Source: a virus | Lineage: Duplodnaviria > Caudoviricetes | Virus record (IMG/VR): IMGVR_UViG_3300027672_000038 | Coordinates: 1-34,228 of that record | Length of the DNA stretch: 34,228 nt | Strand: one strand, 5' to 3' | Shown: positions 8,748 through 16,886 of the stretch, piece after piece | How the letters are laid out: each line of letters starts with the position of its first letter | Numbering within the stretch: position 1 is the first letter of the stretch | Notes under the pieces: generated by a model | What the model was told of the DNA's origin: nothing | What the model saw: the letters and a program-made list of their open reading frames with translations, nothing else | Database searches by the model: none | Program-made: the position numbers and the translations under genes

Positions 8748-9106
8748 AAGCATTACAAGAAGAAAGTTTGAAAGAACTAACAGAAAAGGTATTAGACTTA
8801 ATAGCTAAGACTTCTGTAGAGTTAGGACATAGAACAGATGCAGTTACAATGGCATCACTTTCAGTAATATTTGCAAAAGATTTACAAAAAGAAAATAGAT
8901 TTAGAAGAATGACATTTAATCAAATACAGGAATCTTTTCATGTAGGAGTAAGGTATTGTGAGTTTGATCCTTTTATAAATATTAAAACATTTTTTAGATT
9001 TATTATTTCCCATAAAAAAACTATTAACGAGGCAATTTATAAAACAGAAACACTCAATCAAAAGAATGTACCTTTTTATCAAGAGCCTATAAAATTATTG
9101 AAATGA
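8744..9106 (+). CDS. Hypothetical replication-region protein
   Basis: 120 aa, helical, coupled to neighbours. Confidence 0.75.
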   Translation: MKALQEESLKELTEKVLDLIAKTSVELGHRTDAVTMASLSVIFAKDLQKENRFRRMTFNQIQESFHVGVRYCEFDPFINIKTFFRFIISHKKTINEAIYKTETLNQKNVPFYQEPIKLLK

Positions 9107-9462
9107 AAAACATAGAAGATGTAGACAAAGTAATAGAAAGTATTTTAGAAACTAAAAAAATACATATAGAAGAAGAATATTTAATTGATCAATTAAAAGA
9201 ATTAATAAGTGCTAAAAGTAATCTTGAAATAGCATTACATATTAATAAATCTAATATAGAACTAATTGAATGGAACGATTATTTTATAGAATACATAGAA
9301 AAAAAACATTTAAATGAATATAATAATGCTAGAGATTATGTTAATAAAAAAATACATATAGGAGAAGAAAAAGAAGAAGATAAATTTACTTGTTGTGGTA
9401 TAGAAATTACAGGAGAAATAGAAGATGTAGGATTATGCCCTGAATGTTTAGAACATATTTAA
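9103..9462 (+). CDS. Hypothetical protein with C-terminal Zn-finger-like motif
   Basis: TCCG...LCPECLEH. Confidence 0.7.
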   Translation: MKNIEDVDKVIESILETKKIHIEEEYLIDQLKELISAKSNLEIALHINKSNIELIEWNDYFIEYIEKKHLNEYNNARDYVNKKIHIGEEKEEDKFTCCGIEITGEIEDVGLCPECLEHI

Positions 9463-9477
9463 ATTAAATTAAAATAA

Positions 9478-9756
9478 ATGAAAACAATTAAAATTACAAA
9501 AGATCAAGTAAAAACACAAAAAGATGCAATTAAATGGCATTTAAATAATTATGGTAGCATTACAAGTTGGGAAGCTATAAAGGAATATGGTGCTACTAGA
9601 CTTTCTGATATTATATATAAATTAAAAAAAGATGGTTATAGAATACATAGTACAGATTTAAAAGTAGAATCTAGATTTGGTAGACAAACTACTATAGCTA
9701 AATATTTATATTTCAAACCTAAACCAGTATTTGAGCAGAAATTAATATGGGGTTAA
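9478..9756 (+). CDS. Winged-helix DNA-binding protein
   Basis: HLNNYGSITSWEAIKEYGATRLSDIIYKLKKDGYRI (HTH_39-like pattern). Confidence 0.8.
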   Translation: MKTIKITKDQVKTQKDAIKWHLNNYGSITSWEAIKEYGATRLSDIIYKLKKDGYRIHSTDLKVESRFGRQTTIAKYLYFKPKPVFEQKLIWG

Positions 9757-10157
9757 AGACAATAAGTAAACTAAAGAAAGAATTAGATAAATGGTTTAGT
9801 CTTTTTATTAGGTTAAGACATACAGATTATAATGGAAAAAATCAATGCTGTACTTGTGGTAAAGTCGATGATTGGAAAAAGTTACAATGTGGTCATTTTG
9901 TAAGCAGAAAACATCTAGCTACTAGATTCCACGAAATGAATTGTTTTCCACAATGCGTAAGTTGCAATATTTTTAAATATGGAGAACAATGGAAATTTGG
10001 ACAATTTATAGATAGGAATTTAGGAGAAGGTGTATCAGAAGATTTAATTATATTAGGACATACAATTTTAAAAATTAGTAGAGTAGATTATGAAGAAAAA
10101 ATAAGTTATTACAAAAATCTTGTTGAAAAGTTAAAAAAAGAAAAAAGTATAGAATAA
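9747..10157 (+). CDS. ninG: NinG/Rap-like recombination endonuclease
   Basis: FSLFIRLR, CCTCG, QCGHFVSR, RFHEMNCFPQCVSCN. Confidence 0.88.
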   Translation: MGLKTISKLKKELDKWFSLFIRLRHTDYNGKNQCCTCGKVDDWKKLQCGHFVSRKHLATRFHEMNCFPQCVSCNIFKYGEQWKFGQFIDRNLGEGVSEDLIILGHTILKISRVDYEEKISYYKNLVEKLKKEKSIE

Positions 10158-10166
10158 AGATTTTAC

Positions 10167-10174
10167 TATATTTG
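10167..10174 (+). promoter_or_regulatory. Possible Bacteroidota -7 element
   Basis: TATATTTG in a short gap 3 nt before ATG10178. No -33 TTG at the canonical spacing. Confidence 0.4.
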
Positions 10175-10177
10175 AAA

Positions 10178-10534
10178 ATGATCCGACCAATATATTCAAG
10201 TATTGAACATCAGGCTTATTTAGAAGAATATATAAATATAATGTTAGCTTTTGTAAAAGAAATATCTTCTCAAAATAAATATAAAAATTTTGTGGAAGTA
10301 GTTGATCTTATTATAGATTACCATAATGGGTATGGAGAAGATGTAGAAATAGGAAATTGGAATGATTGGTTAATGATTCTACCTATTAATTTGTCAGTTT
10401 GTTGTAATGGTTATTTTGTAGCATTAGAATCTAAAAGAAATCGTGAATCAATAAGAGCATATAAAGTTTTATTAGATAAATATTTAGAAGATTGTGTTGT
10501 TAATTTAAGCAATTTAAAATTTAAAAATGACTGA
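10178..10534 (+). CDS. Hypothetical protein
   Basis: ORF track start TTG10172 lies within the -7 motif, so the in-frame ATG10178 is preferred. Confidence 0.7.
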   Translation: MIRPIYSSIEHQAYLEEYINIMLAFVKEISSQNKYKNFVEVVDLIIDYHNGYGEDVEIGNWNDWLMILPINLSVCCNGYFVALESKRNRESIRAYKVLLDKYLEDCVVNLSNLKFKND

Positions 10535-11075
10535 GGTTTATCAAGCAGTAGCAAATTGTAGAAAGACTTTTGTAGAGATGTCTTATAAGTTTACTAAAGA
10601 CATAAACTATATTGATGAGGTAGTACAGGAATGTTTACTATATTTTATGCAAATGAATCCTGATACTTTAAAAGATATTTGGATTAAAGATGGAGAAAAA
10701 GGTTTAATAAGATATGGAGCAGTTGTTTTAAGAAGAAGTTTTACATCTGTTAGAAGTCCTTATTATTATAAATATAATAAATACTATACTTATATAGATT
10801 CAAATTATAGTAATGCAACTCAAGATATTAAAACTACTTCTAAAAAATTATATAATATTCCAAATCAAGATGAAGTTTTTCAATGGGAAAAATTGGAAAA
10901 GATTGATCAAGCATTAGATTCTTTTTATTGGTATGATAGAGATGTTTTTAAGTTATACTATTATGAAGGAAATACACTTACAGGACTTGCAAAGAAAACA
11001 GGTATAAGCAGGAATAGTTTATTTACTACAATAGATAAAGTAAGAGAACAACTTAAAGAATTATTAGATGAATAA
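10527..11075 (+). CDS. ECF-type sigma-70 family factor (probable late-gene activator)
   Basis: Region-2-like DEVVQECLLYF and region-4 HTH WYDRDVFKLYYYEGNTLTGLAKKTGISRNSLFTTIDKVREQL; 182 aa. Confidence 0.82.
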   Translation: MTEVYQAVANCRKTFVEMSYKFTKDINYIDEVVQECLLYFMQMNPDTLKDIWIKDGEKGLIRYGAVVLRRSFTSVRSPYYYKYNKYYTYIDSNYSNATQDIKTTSKKLYNIPNQDEVFQWEKLEKIDQALDSFYWYDRDVFKLYYYEGNTLTGLAKKTGISRNSLFTTIDKVREQLKELLDE

Positions 11076-11469
11076 ATTTTTTGTAAGTGATGAAATTTAT
11101 AAAGATAGAATTTCTATTTGTAAGGCTTGTGATTATTATTTTAAGCCTACTGGAAGCTGCAAAGTTTGTTTATGTTTTATGTCTATTAAATCTAGACTTG
11201 GTAATCAAGAATGCCCACAAAAGTATTGGTTAAAAACTAAAGAAGTAGAGCAGCCTGATGATATACCTAATCATTTAATTGAAGAAGTATTATTAATATG
11301 GAAAGATGTAAAAAAAGGAATAGCAAAAAATCAAGCAACAAAAAAAAGAATGATAACATTATTTAATACTATTTATGGAACTAATTATAATACAGGTACA
11401 AGTTGCAGCAGTTGTTTAAATGATTGTTACAAAGGAATTAAAAGAATATACGAAAAATATGAAAGATAA
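11068..11469 (+). CDS. Cys-rich hypothetical protein
   Basis: RISICKAC...CKVCLCFM..K......CPQKYW and TSCSSC. Confidence 0.75.
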   Translation: MNKFFVSDEIYKDRISICKACDYYFKPTGSCKVCLCFMSIKSRLGNQECPQKYWLKTKEVEQPDDIPNHLIEEVLLIWKDVKKGIAKNQATKKRMITLFNTIYGTNYNTGTSCSSCLNDCYKGIKRIYEKYER

Positions 11470-11683
11470 AACACCAAATTATTATACTGGAAAAGTTTAT
11501 GGTTATAAAGCATTTGATATAATAGAAGATTATAGTTTAAATTATAATTGTGCTACTGCACTTACATATATTTTAAGAAGTAACAGAAAACATAATAGTC
11601 CTGATGAGTGTTTGCAAAAAGCAATAGATCATTTAGAAAATGAATTAAAAATTTTAAATAAAAAAAATGCCAAAAAAAAATAA
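11459..11683 (+). CDS. DUF3310-like protein
   Basis: PNYY...FDII...ALTYILRSNRK....LQKAIDHLENEL. ATG11459 preferred. Confidence 0.7.
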   Translation: MKDKTPNYYTGKVYGYKAFDIIEDYSLNYNCATALTYILRSNRKHNSPDECLQKAIDHLENELKILNKKNAKKK

Positions 11684-11834
11684 ATTATATTGTACTAAAA
11701 TTTATAATGTTTTTATAATGCAGTTTGGTTTTTCTTATCCAGTTGCAGGTTGGAATACATTAGGCAGAAAAGATATAAGAACAAAAGCTAATGGAAAACA
11801 AAGAGTTGAATTAAATAAAAAACCAATATGTTAA
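11667..11834 (+). CDS. Small hypothetical protein (55 aa, not in ORF track)
   Basis: MPKKNKLYCTKIYNVFIMQFGFSYP...; fills the gap and overlaps both neighbours. Confidence 0.55.
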   Translation: MPKKNKLYCTKIYNVFIMQFGFSYPVAGWNTLGRKDIRTKANGKQRVELNKKPIC

Positions 11835-12061
11835 AATTCCAATGTAATGAATGTGATATAAAAAAAGAATTAAGCAAAGTTATAATGAAAGTTATAAATT
11901 CAAAAGTTTGTAATATAGGAAGTGAATGTCCTAAATGTGGAGAGTATATGCAGGAGATAGAAAAAGATTTTGGTGGCTTTCCTAATATTAAAAGAACAGA
12001 TCCTAGTTTATCTAATAAAAATGATAAGTTATGGAAAAGAGCAAAAGATGCTATTTTATAA
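11828..12061 (+). CDS. Zinc-ribbon protein
   Basis: FQCNEC...CPKCG. Confidence 0.75.
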   Translation: MLKFQCNECDIKKELSKVIMKVINSKVCNIGSECPKCGEYMQEIEKDFGGFPNIKRTDPSLSNKNDKLWKRAKDAIL

Positions 12062-12477
12062 TGATAAATAGATATTTTCAAAATATAAAGAATATACTAA
12101 TATACTTTGATTATCATAGTTTATTATTTTGGTGGTGTATAAGTGACTGTCTTAACAATCAGGTCTTATGGAATACATATTCTTATTGGCTTGAATTAGG
12201 ACAACCTAACACCTATTGGTTATACCTTACCTACTTTATACTTTCCTTATCTATAGTTTTATCATTAAACAATTTAAATTACTTAATAAGGTTTATAGGT
12301 ATGTATTTAGTTTTATATTTGTTTTCAACTGTAAGATATTGTCTAAGTATTTATACTGAGGAAAACTTTGATTTACAAGACTTTAGGGCTTTGCTTATTA
12401 CTGCATGGTATTTTAGTATGTGGCTATGGATATACCTTAAACTAAAAAAAGAACAATTACATAAAAGTCTATTATGA
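12061..12477 (+). CDS. Multi-pass membrane protein
   Basis: 3-4 hydrophobic Y/L/W-rich segments. TAATG-coupled ATG12061 preferred over 12031. Confidence 0.7.
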   Translation: MINRYFQNIKNILIYFDYHSLLFWWCISDCLNNQVLWNTYSYWLELGQPNTYWLYLTYFILSLSIVLSLNNLNYLIRFIGMYLVLYLFSTVRYCLSIYTEENFDLQDFRALLITAWYFSMWLWIYLKLKKEQLHKSLL

Positions 12478-12770
12478 ACGATAACATAACAACAATAATA
12501 ATTACTGCAATATCTGTAATGTTTGGTGCAGGAGGTTGGAAGTTCTATGAATTTTTAATAAGAAACAAAAGAGAAAAAGATAAAGAAGATAAAACAGAAC
12601 AATCTATTTACAGAGATGATCTAAAAATTAGAGTAGATAAATTAGAAATATACAAAGATGATTGTGTAATGACTATGCTAGATTTAAAGACAGAATTAGC
12701 TAAATTAAAAGTAACTGTAGAATTTCTACAAAAAGAAAATGAAGTATTAAAAATTAAATTACAAAAATAA
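12474..12770 (+). CDS. N-terminal TM plus coiled-coil protein
   Basis: ITTIIITAISVMFGAGGW followed by heptad-rich LKTELAKLKVTVEFLQKENEVLK. Confidence 0.8.
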   Translation: MNDNITTIIITAISVMFGAGGWKFYEFLIRNKREKDKEDKTEQSIYRDDLKIRVDKLEIYKDDCVMTMLDLKTELAKLKVTVEFLQKENEVLKIKLQK

Positions 12771-12792
12771 AAACCAACTAATTCTATTATAT
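12764..12792 (+). promoter_or_regulatory. Putative late promoter 1
   Basis: AAAATAA...TCTATTATAT (12783-92), 3 nt before ATG12796. Confidence 0.7.
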
Positions 12793-12795
12793 ACT

Positions 12796-13305
12796 ATGAA
12801 GTTAGAAATCAATAAGTTAATACCTAATAAAGACAATCCTAGAATAATAAAAGATGATAAGTTTAAAAAACTTGTTAAATCTATAAAAGAATTTCCTGAA
12901 ATGTTAGAACTAAGACCTATAGTAGTAGATGAGGATATGGTTATACTAGGTGGTAATATGCGACATAAAGCTTGTATTGAAGCAGGACTTACTGAAGTGC
13001 CTATTAAAATAGCTAAAGGTTTAACAGAAGAACAAAAGCAAGAATTTATAGTAAAAGATAATGTAGGGTTTGGGGAATGGGAATGGGATATACTAGCAAA
13101 TGAATGGAATAGTGTTCAGATTACAGAATGGGGATTAGATGTTTGGAAAAACGAAGATGACAAAGAACCTGATTTTAGTGATATGTCTGATGAAATATCA
13201 GAAGAATACAAAATAGAAGTAGAATTAACTTCTGAAAAAGAACAAGAACAAGTTTATAATGATTTAATAAAAAAAGGATATAAATGCCGTATTTTGACAT
13301 TTTAA
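12796..13305 (+). CDS. ParB N-terminal (ParB/Srx) domain protein
   Basis: NKDNPR, LVKSIKEF, RPIVVDEDMVILGGNMR, KDNVGFGEWEWDILANEW. Confidence 0.88.
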   Translation: MKLEINKLIPNKDNPRIIKDDKFKKLVKSIKEFPEMLELRPIVVDEDMVILGGNMRHKACIEAGLTEVPIKIAKGLTEEQKQEFIVKDNVGFGEWEWDILANEWNSVQITEWGLDVWKNEDDKEPDFSDMSDEISEEYKIEVELTSEKEQEQVYNDLIKKGYKCRILTF

Positions 13306-14369
13306 AAGAAAGTAAACCAAAAAAAACATTTAGGGTATCTTCAGTAATGGGAAAGTTTGATTTGCAAACTGAACATATAAAAGAACATTTTAAAGGTAAT
13401 ATAGATATTCCTGATGTGTGGCAAATAGGTTTAATAGTAGGTAATAGTGGAACAGGAAAAACAACTATAGCTAAAGAATTGTTTAAAGATGCTTATGTAA
13501 CTCATTTTGATTATAAAGCAGAATCTATCTTAGATGATATGCCAATATCAGCATCTGTTGAAGATATTACAAAAACATTTAATAGTGTAGGTTTTAGTTC
13601 TCCACCTAGTTGGTTAAAATCATATTCAGTATTATCTAATGGACAAAAAATGAGGGTAGATTTAGCAAATGCCTTATTAAAAAAAGAAAAATTAATAGTA
13701 TTTGATGAGTTTACTTCTGTTGTAGATAGAAATGTAGCTAAAATAGGTTCTTATGCTATGCAAAAAGCTATTCGTAAATCAGATAAACAATTTATAGCAG
13801 TAACTTGTCATAATGATGTTAAAAATTGGATATTGCCTGATTGGATTTTTAATACAGATAGTATGACCTTTCAAATACTTGAAGGGCAAAAAAAAAATAG
13901 ACCAAAAATTAAATTTGAAATATTCAATACAAGAGATAAAACAATATGGAAAATGTTTGCTAAACACCATTATTTAAGTCATAGTCATAATAATGCTGCA
14001 CATACTTATTTAGCTTATGTAAATAATCAAATAGCAGGATATATAAGTGTATTACATTTTCCTCATTCTAAAGTTAAAAATATTAAAATGATTCATAGAT
14101 TGGTAGTAATGCCAGATTTTCAAGGAATAGGAATAGGAGTTAGATTATTAGAATATATAGGTAAATATTATATTAAAAATAATTTTAGATTAAGAATAGT
14201 AACTTCTGCACCAAGTTTAATATATTATTTTAAAAAATCAAATGAATGGTTTTGTAAAAGTTTTGGTAGAAAAAAAAATCACGGAGGTAGTTTAAAAGTT
14301 GGAAAGTTTGGAAGTCAAAATAGAATAACAACAAGTTGGGAATACATATTAAAAAATGAACGAAAGTAG
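13284..14369 (+). CDS. ABC-type ATPase fused to GNAT acetyltransferase
   Basis: Walker A GNSGTGKTT, signature LSNGQ, Walker B IVFDEFTS, H-loop VTCH. C-terminal acyl-CoA-binding motif RLVVMPDFQGIGIG. Confidence 0.88.
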   Translation: MPYFDILKESKPKKTFRVSSVMGKFDLQTEHIKEHFKGNIDIPDVWQIGLIVGNSGTGKTTIAKELFKDAYVTHFDYKAESILDDMPISASVEDITKTFNSVGFSSPPSWLKSYSVLSNGQKMRVDLANALLKKEKLIVFDEFTSVVDRNVAKIGSYAMQKAIRKSDKQFIAVTCHNDVKNWILPDWIFNTDSMTFQILEGQKKNRPKIKFEIFNTRDKTIWKMFAKHHYLSHSHNNAAHTYLAYVNNQIAGYISVLHFPHSKVKNIKMIHRLVVMPDFQGIGIGVRLLEYIGKYYIKNNFRLRIVTSAPSLIYYFKKSNEWFCKSFGRKKNHGGSLKVGKFGSQNRITTSWEYILKNERK

Positions 14370-14709
14370 ACACATAAAAAAGGAAAGTATTTTAGCAGCA
14401 TTAGAAAAGTCATTAGGAATTGTTACTGTAGCTTGTAAGCAATCAGATATACCTAGAAGTACATATTATAAATGGCTTAAAGAAGATGAAGAATTTGCTC
14501 TTAAAGTAAAAGACATTGAAAATATAGCTTTAGATTTTGGGGAAAGCCAATTACATAAGCAGATAGGAGATGGTAATACATCAGCTACTATTTTCTTTTT
14601 AAAGACAAAGGGAAAGAAAAGAGGTTATATAGAAAGAAGTGAATTAGATTTAACATCAGGAGATGAGCCTATTAAAATTAATGTAAATATCAAAGGAGTT
14701 GAATATTGA
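14356..14709 (+). CDS. terS: Terminase small subunit
   Basis: HTH ACKQSDIPRSTYYKWLKEDEEF and ATIFFLKTKGKKRGY; directly upstream of TerL. Confidence 0.8.
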   Translation: MNESRHIKKESILAALEKSLGIVTVACKQSDIPRSTYYKWLKEDEEFALKVKDIENIALDFGESQLHKQIGDGNTSATIFFLKTKGKKRGYIERSELDLTSGDEPIKINVNIKGVEY

Positions 14710-16009
14710 TACTAACTTTACTCATACTCAAGGCGAAGCTATTGAATATCTGTTTGATGATAAGACTACAGAGGTTTTATTTGGAGGTGCAGCAGGAGGG
14801 GGAAAGTCTTGGGTAGGTTGTAGTTGGTTGATCTTATTATGTATTAAATACCCAAAGACTAGATACTTAATGGGTAGGTCTAAGTTAGATGCTCTTAAAA
14901 AGACTACATTAAATACTTTCTTTGAAGTATGTCAAGAGTGGGGTATCATAGCAAACAAACACTATAATTTTAATGCAGGATCAAATATCATTAAGTTTTA
15001 TAATGGTAGTGAGATTATACTTAAAGATTTGTTTTTATATCCATCAGATAGAAACTTTGATAATCTAGGATCATTAGAAATTACTGCTGCCTTTATAGAT
15101 GAAGCAAATCAAATAACAGAGAAAGCTAAAAATATAGTAGCATCAAGATTAAGGTACAAGTTAGATCAGTATGGTATTATACCTAAGATGTTAATGACTT
15201 GCAATCCTGCAAAGAATTGGGTTTATACTCAATATTACAAACCTGCTAAAGAAGGAAAAGAAAAACCTTATAGAAAGTTTATACAATCCTTAGTAGATGA
15301 TAATGAATTTATTTCTAAGCATTATAAGAAACAACTGCTAACATTAGATGAGTTAAGCAAACAAAGACTATTATATGGTAACTGGGAATATGATGCAACA
15401 AATGATAATTTAATACAATATGATTCAATAATTAATTTATTTGATCAAAATGGATTAAGTGGAGAAAAATACATAAGTTGTGATGTAGCACGTTTTGGTA
15501 ATGATAAGACAGTTATAATACTTTGGGAAGGGTTACATATTAAAAAGATCATAAGTATTCTTAAATCAGCCGTAAATGAGGTTGTGGATCAAATTAGATC
15601 AATACAACAATTACATGGTGTTAGACTTACTAATATTATAGTTGATGAAGATGGAGTAGGTGGTGGAGTTGTAGATTATATGAGATGCAGAGGGTTTGTA
15701 AATAATTCTAGGGCTATTAAAGGAGAAAATTATCAGAACCTGAAAACACAATGTTATTATAAATTAGCTGAAAAAATTAATACTGCACAAATAGGAATTG
15801 AATGCTCTGATGTTAAAGTAAAAAATCTTATTATTGAGGAGTTAGAACAAGTAAGAACAAAAGATGCTGATAAAGATAACAAGTTGCAGATAATACCAAA
15901 GGATTCAATTAAAGATATTATAGGAAGGTCGCCTGATTATGCTGATGCTTTAGCTATGAGAATGTTTTTTGAATTAGATGGTAATTATGGGAAGTATTTT
16001 GTGCAATAA
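14699..16009 (+). CDS. terL: Terminase large subunit
   Basis: Walker A GGAAGGGKS, Walker B AFIDEA, coupling motif TCNP, nuclease CDVARFGND and SPDYAD. TTG start. Confidence 0.96.
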   Translation: MNIDTNFTHTQGEAIEYLFDDKTTEVLFGGAAGGGKSWVGCSWLILLCIKYPKTRYLMGRSKLDALKKTTLNTFFEVCQEWGIIANKHYNFNAGSNIIKFYNGSEIILKDLFLYPSDRNFDNLGSLEITAAFIDEANQITEKAKNIVASRLRYKLDQYGIIPKMLMTCNPAKNWVYTQYYKPAKEGKEKPYRKFIQSLVDDNEFISKHYKKQLLTLDELSKQRLLYGNWEYDATNDNLIQYDSIINLFDQNGLSGEKYISCDVARFGNDKTVIILWEGLHIKKIISILKSAVNEVVDQIRSIQQLHGVRLTNIIVDEDGVGGGVVDYMRCRGFVNNSRAIKGENYQNLKTQCYYKLAEKINTAQIGIECSDVKVKNLIIEELEQVRTKDADKDNKLQIIPKDSIKDIIGRSPDYADALAMRMFFELDGNYGKYFVQ

Positions 16010-16040
16010 AAAAGGTGCAACTTTAGAAGCTACACCTTTT
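16008..16040 (-). terminator. Intrinsic terminator, best on the minus strand (possibly bidirectional)
   Basis: Minus-strand RNA AAAAGGUGUAGCUU-CUA-AAGUUGCACCUUUUUU pairs fully with two G-U pairs and ends in U6. On the plus strand the same positions are A-C mismatches. Confidence 0.7.
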
Positions 16041-16066
16041 AAAAAACTTGAAACGATTATGAAAAC
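16008..16066 (-). ncRNA. Candidate ~59-nt small RNA
   Basis: Bounded by a minus-strand host-type promoter (16070-16098) and a minus-strand terminator. Ends are estimated. Confidence 0.45.
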
Positions 16067-16069
16067 GTA

Positions 16070-16098
16070 CAAATATACTATTTTAAACTAAATATCAA
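16070..16098 (-). promoter_or_regulatory. Bacteroidota-type promoter on the minus strand
   Basis: CAAATATA at 16070-77 (reverse complement TATATTTG) and CAA at 16096-98 (reverse complement TTG), 18-nt spacer. Confidence 0.5.
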
Positions 16099-16113
16099 TT
16101 AATTCTATTATAT
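16084..16113 (+). promoter_or_regulatory. Putative late promoter 2
   Basis: TAAACTAA...TCTATTATAT (16104-13), 3 nt before ATG16117. Confidence 0.7.
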
Positions 16114-16116
16114 ATT

Positions 16117-16761
16117 ATGCAAGTAAAGATTAATAAAGAAGGTAAGCAAAAAACATACAATCTAATAAATAGTTGGGATGATGTAACATTAGAGAAATGG
16201 GCAAAACTTATTAATAATAAAAACAAATCTAAATCTAATGAAGCATTAGATACAATTAAAATATTATCAGATATACCTACTAATTTAATAAAAGAGTTAA
16301 GTTTAAATGATATATCAAAGATTTTAAATAAAATAGCTAAACTACAAGAAAGTGAAGATACTAAGCTAAAAAATATAATCAAAGTTGATGGAGTAGAATA
16401 TGGCTTTCATCCTAATCTTTCTGAAATAACAATTGGAGAGTATGCCGATATTGAAACATATTTAAAAGATGGAGTAGAAAATAATTTAGAAAATTTGATG
16501 TCTGTATTGTATAGACCTATTGTAGAGAAAGAAGGAAAGTATTATAGTATTAAGGCTTATGATAGTGCAACAACTAGAATAAGAGCAGAGAAGTTTAAGA
16601 AGATGAAAGCAAGAGATGTTAATAGTAGCCTTTTTTTTTTCTGGATTTTCGTACAAGAACTATTGAAGACTTTGCCGCAATATTTAATGGAACAGAATCA
16701 GGAGATATTGAACAAAGTGCAGATGAACAATTTGCAGACAAATGGAATTGGTTTGGTGTAA
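16117..16761 (+). CDS. Tail assembly chaperone (gpG-like)
   Basis: 214 aa with a T10 slippery run at 16631-40 (SLFFFW). Confidence 0.75.
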   Translation: MQVKINKEGKQKTYNLINSWDDVTLEKWAKLINNKNKSKSNEALDTIKILSDIPTNLIKELSLNDISKILNKIAKLQESEDTKLKNIIKVDGVEYGFHPNLSEITIGEYADIETYLKDGVENNLENLMSVLYRPIVEKEGKYYSIKAYDSATTRIRAEKFKKMKARDVNSSLFFFWIFVQELLKTLPQYLMEQNQEILNKVQMNNLQTNGIGLV

Positions 16762-16886
16762 TGTATAGATTAACTAATGGAGAAATAATAAATTTAGAAA
16801 AGATAACTAATCTTAGTTTATATGAATGTTTAACTTGGCTTACTTATGAAACAGATTTAAATTTAACAAAATCAGTACAAAAATGA
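16631..16886 (+). CDS. -1 frameshift extension of the tail chaperone (gpGT-like C-terminus)
   Basis: The -1 frame after the T run is open for 81 codons (LDFRTRTIEDFAAIF...FADKWNWFGVMYRLTNG...LYECLTWLTYETD...) and its TGA overlaps ATG16883. Confidence 0.8.

Noticed and set aside
12468-12476. Sixth late-promoter copy (TCTATTATG)
   Set aside because: Partial match overlapping a stop/start junction, with wrong distance to ATG and no clear upstream CAAACAA at the conserved spacing.
12796-13305. Plasmid-prophage partition system (ParABS)
   Set aside because: Only the ParB N-terminal domain is present, with no HTH. The neighbouring ATPase is ABC-type (LSNGQ), not ParA, and sits in the packaging operon.
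13284-13900. ABC transporter
   Set aside because: No adjacent permease or substrate-binding gene, and the ATPase is fused to a GNAT domain.
16059-16091. 10-codon ORF MKTYKYTILN as a protein-coding gene
   Set aside because: Too short to support and overlaps two promoter candidates; treated instead as part of the sRNA hypothesis.
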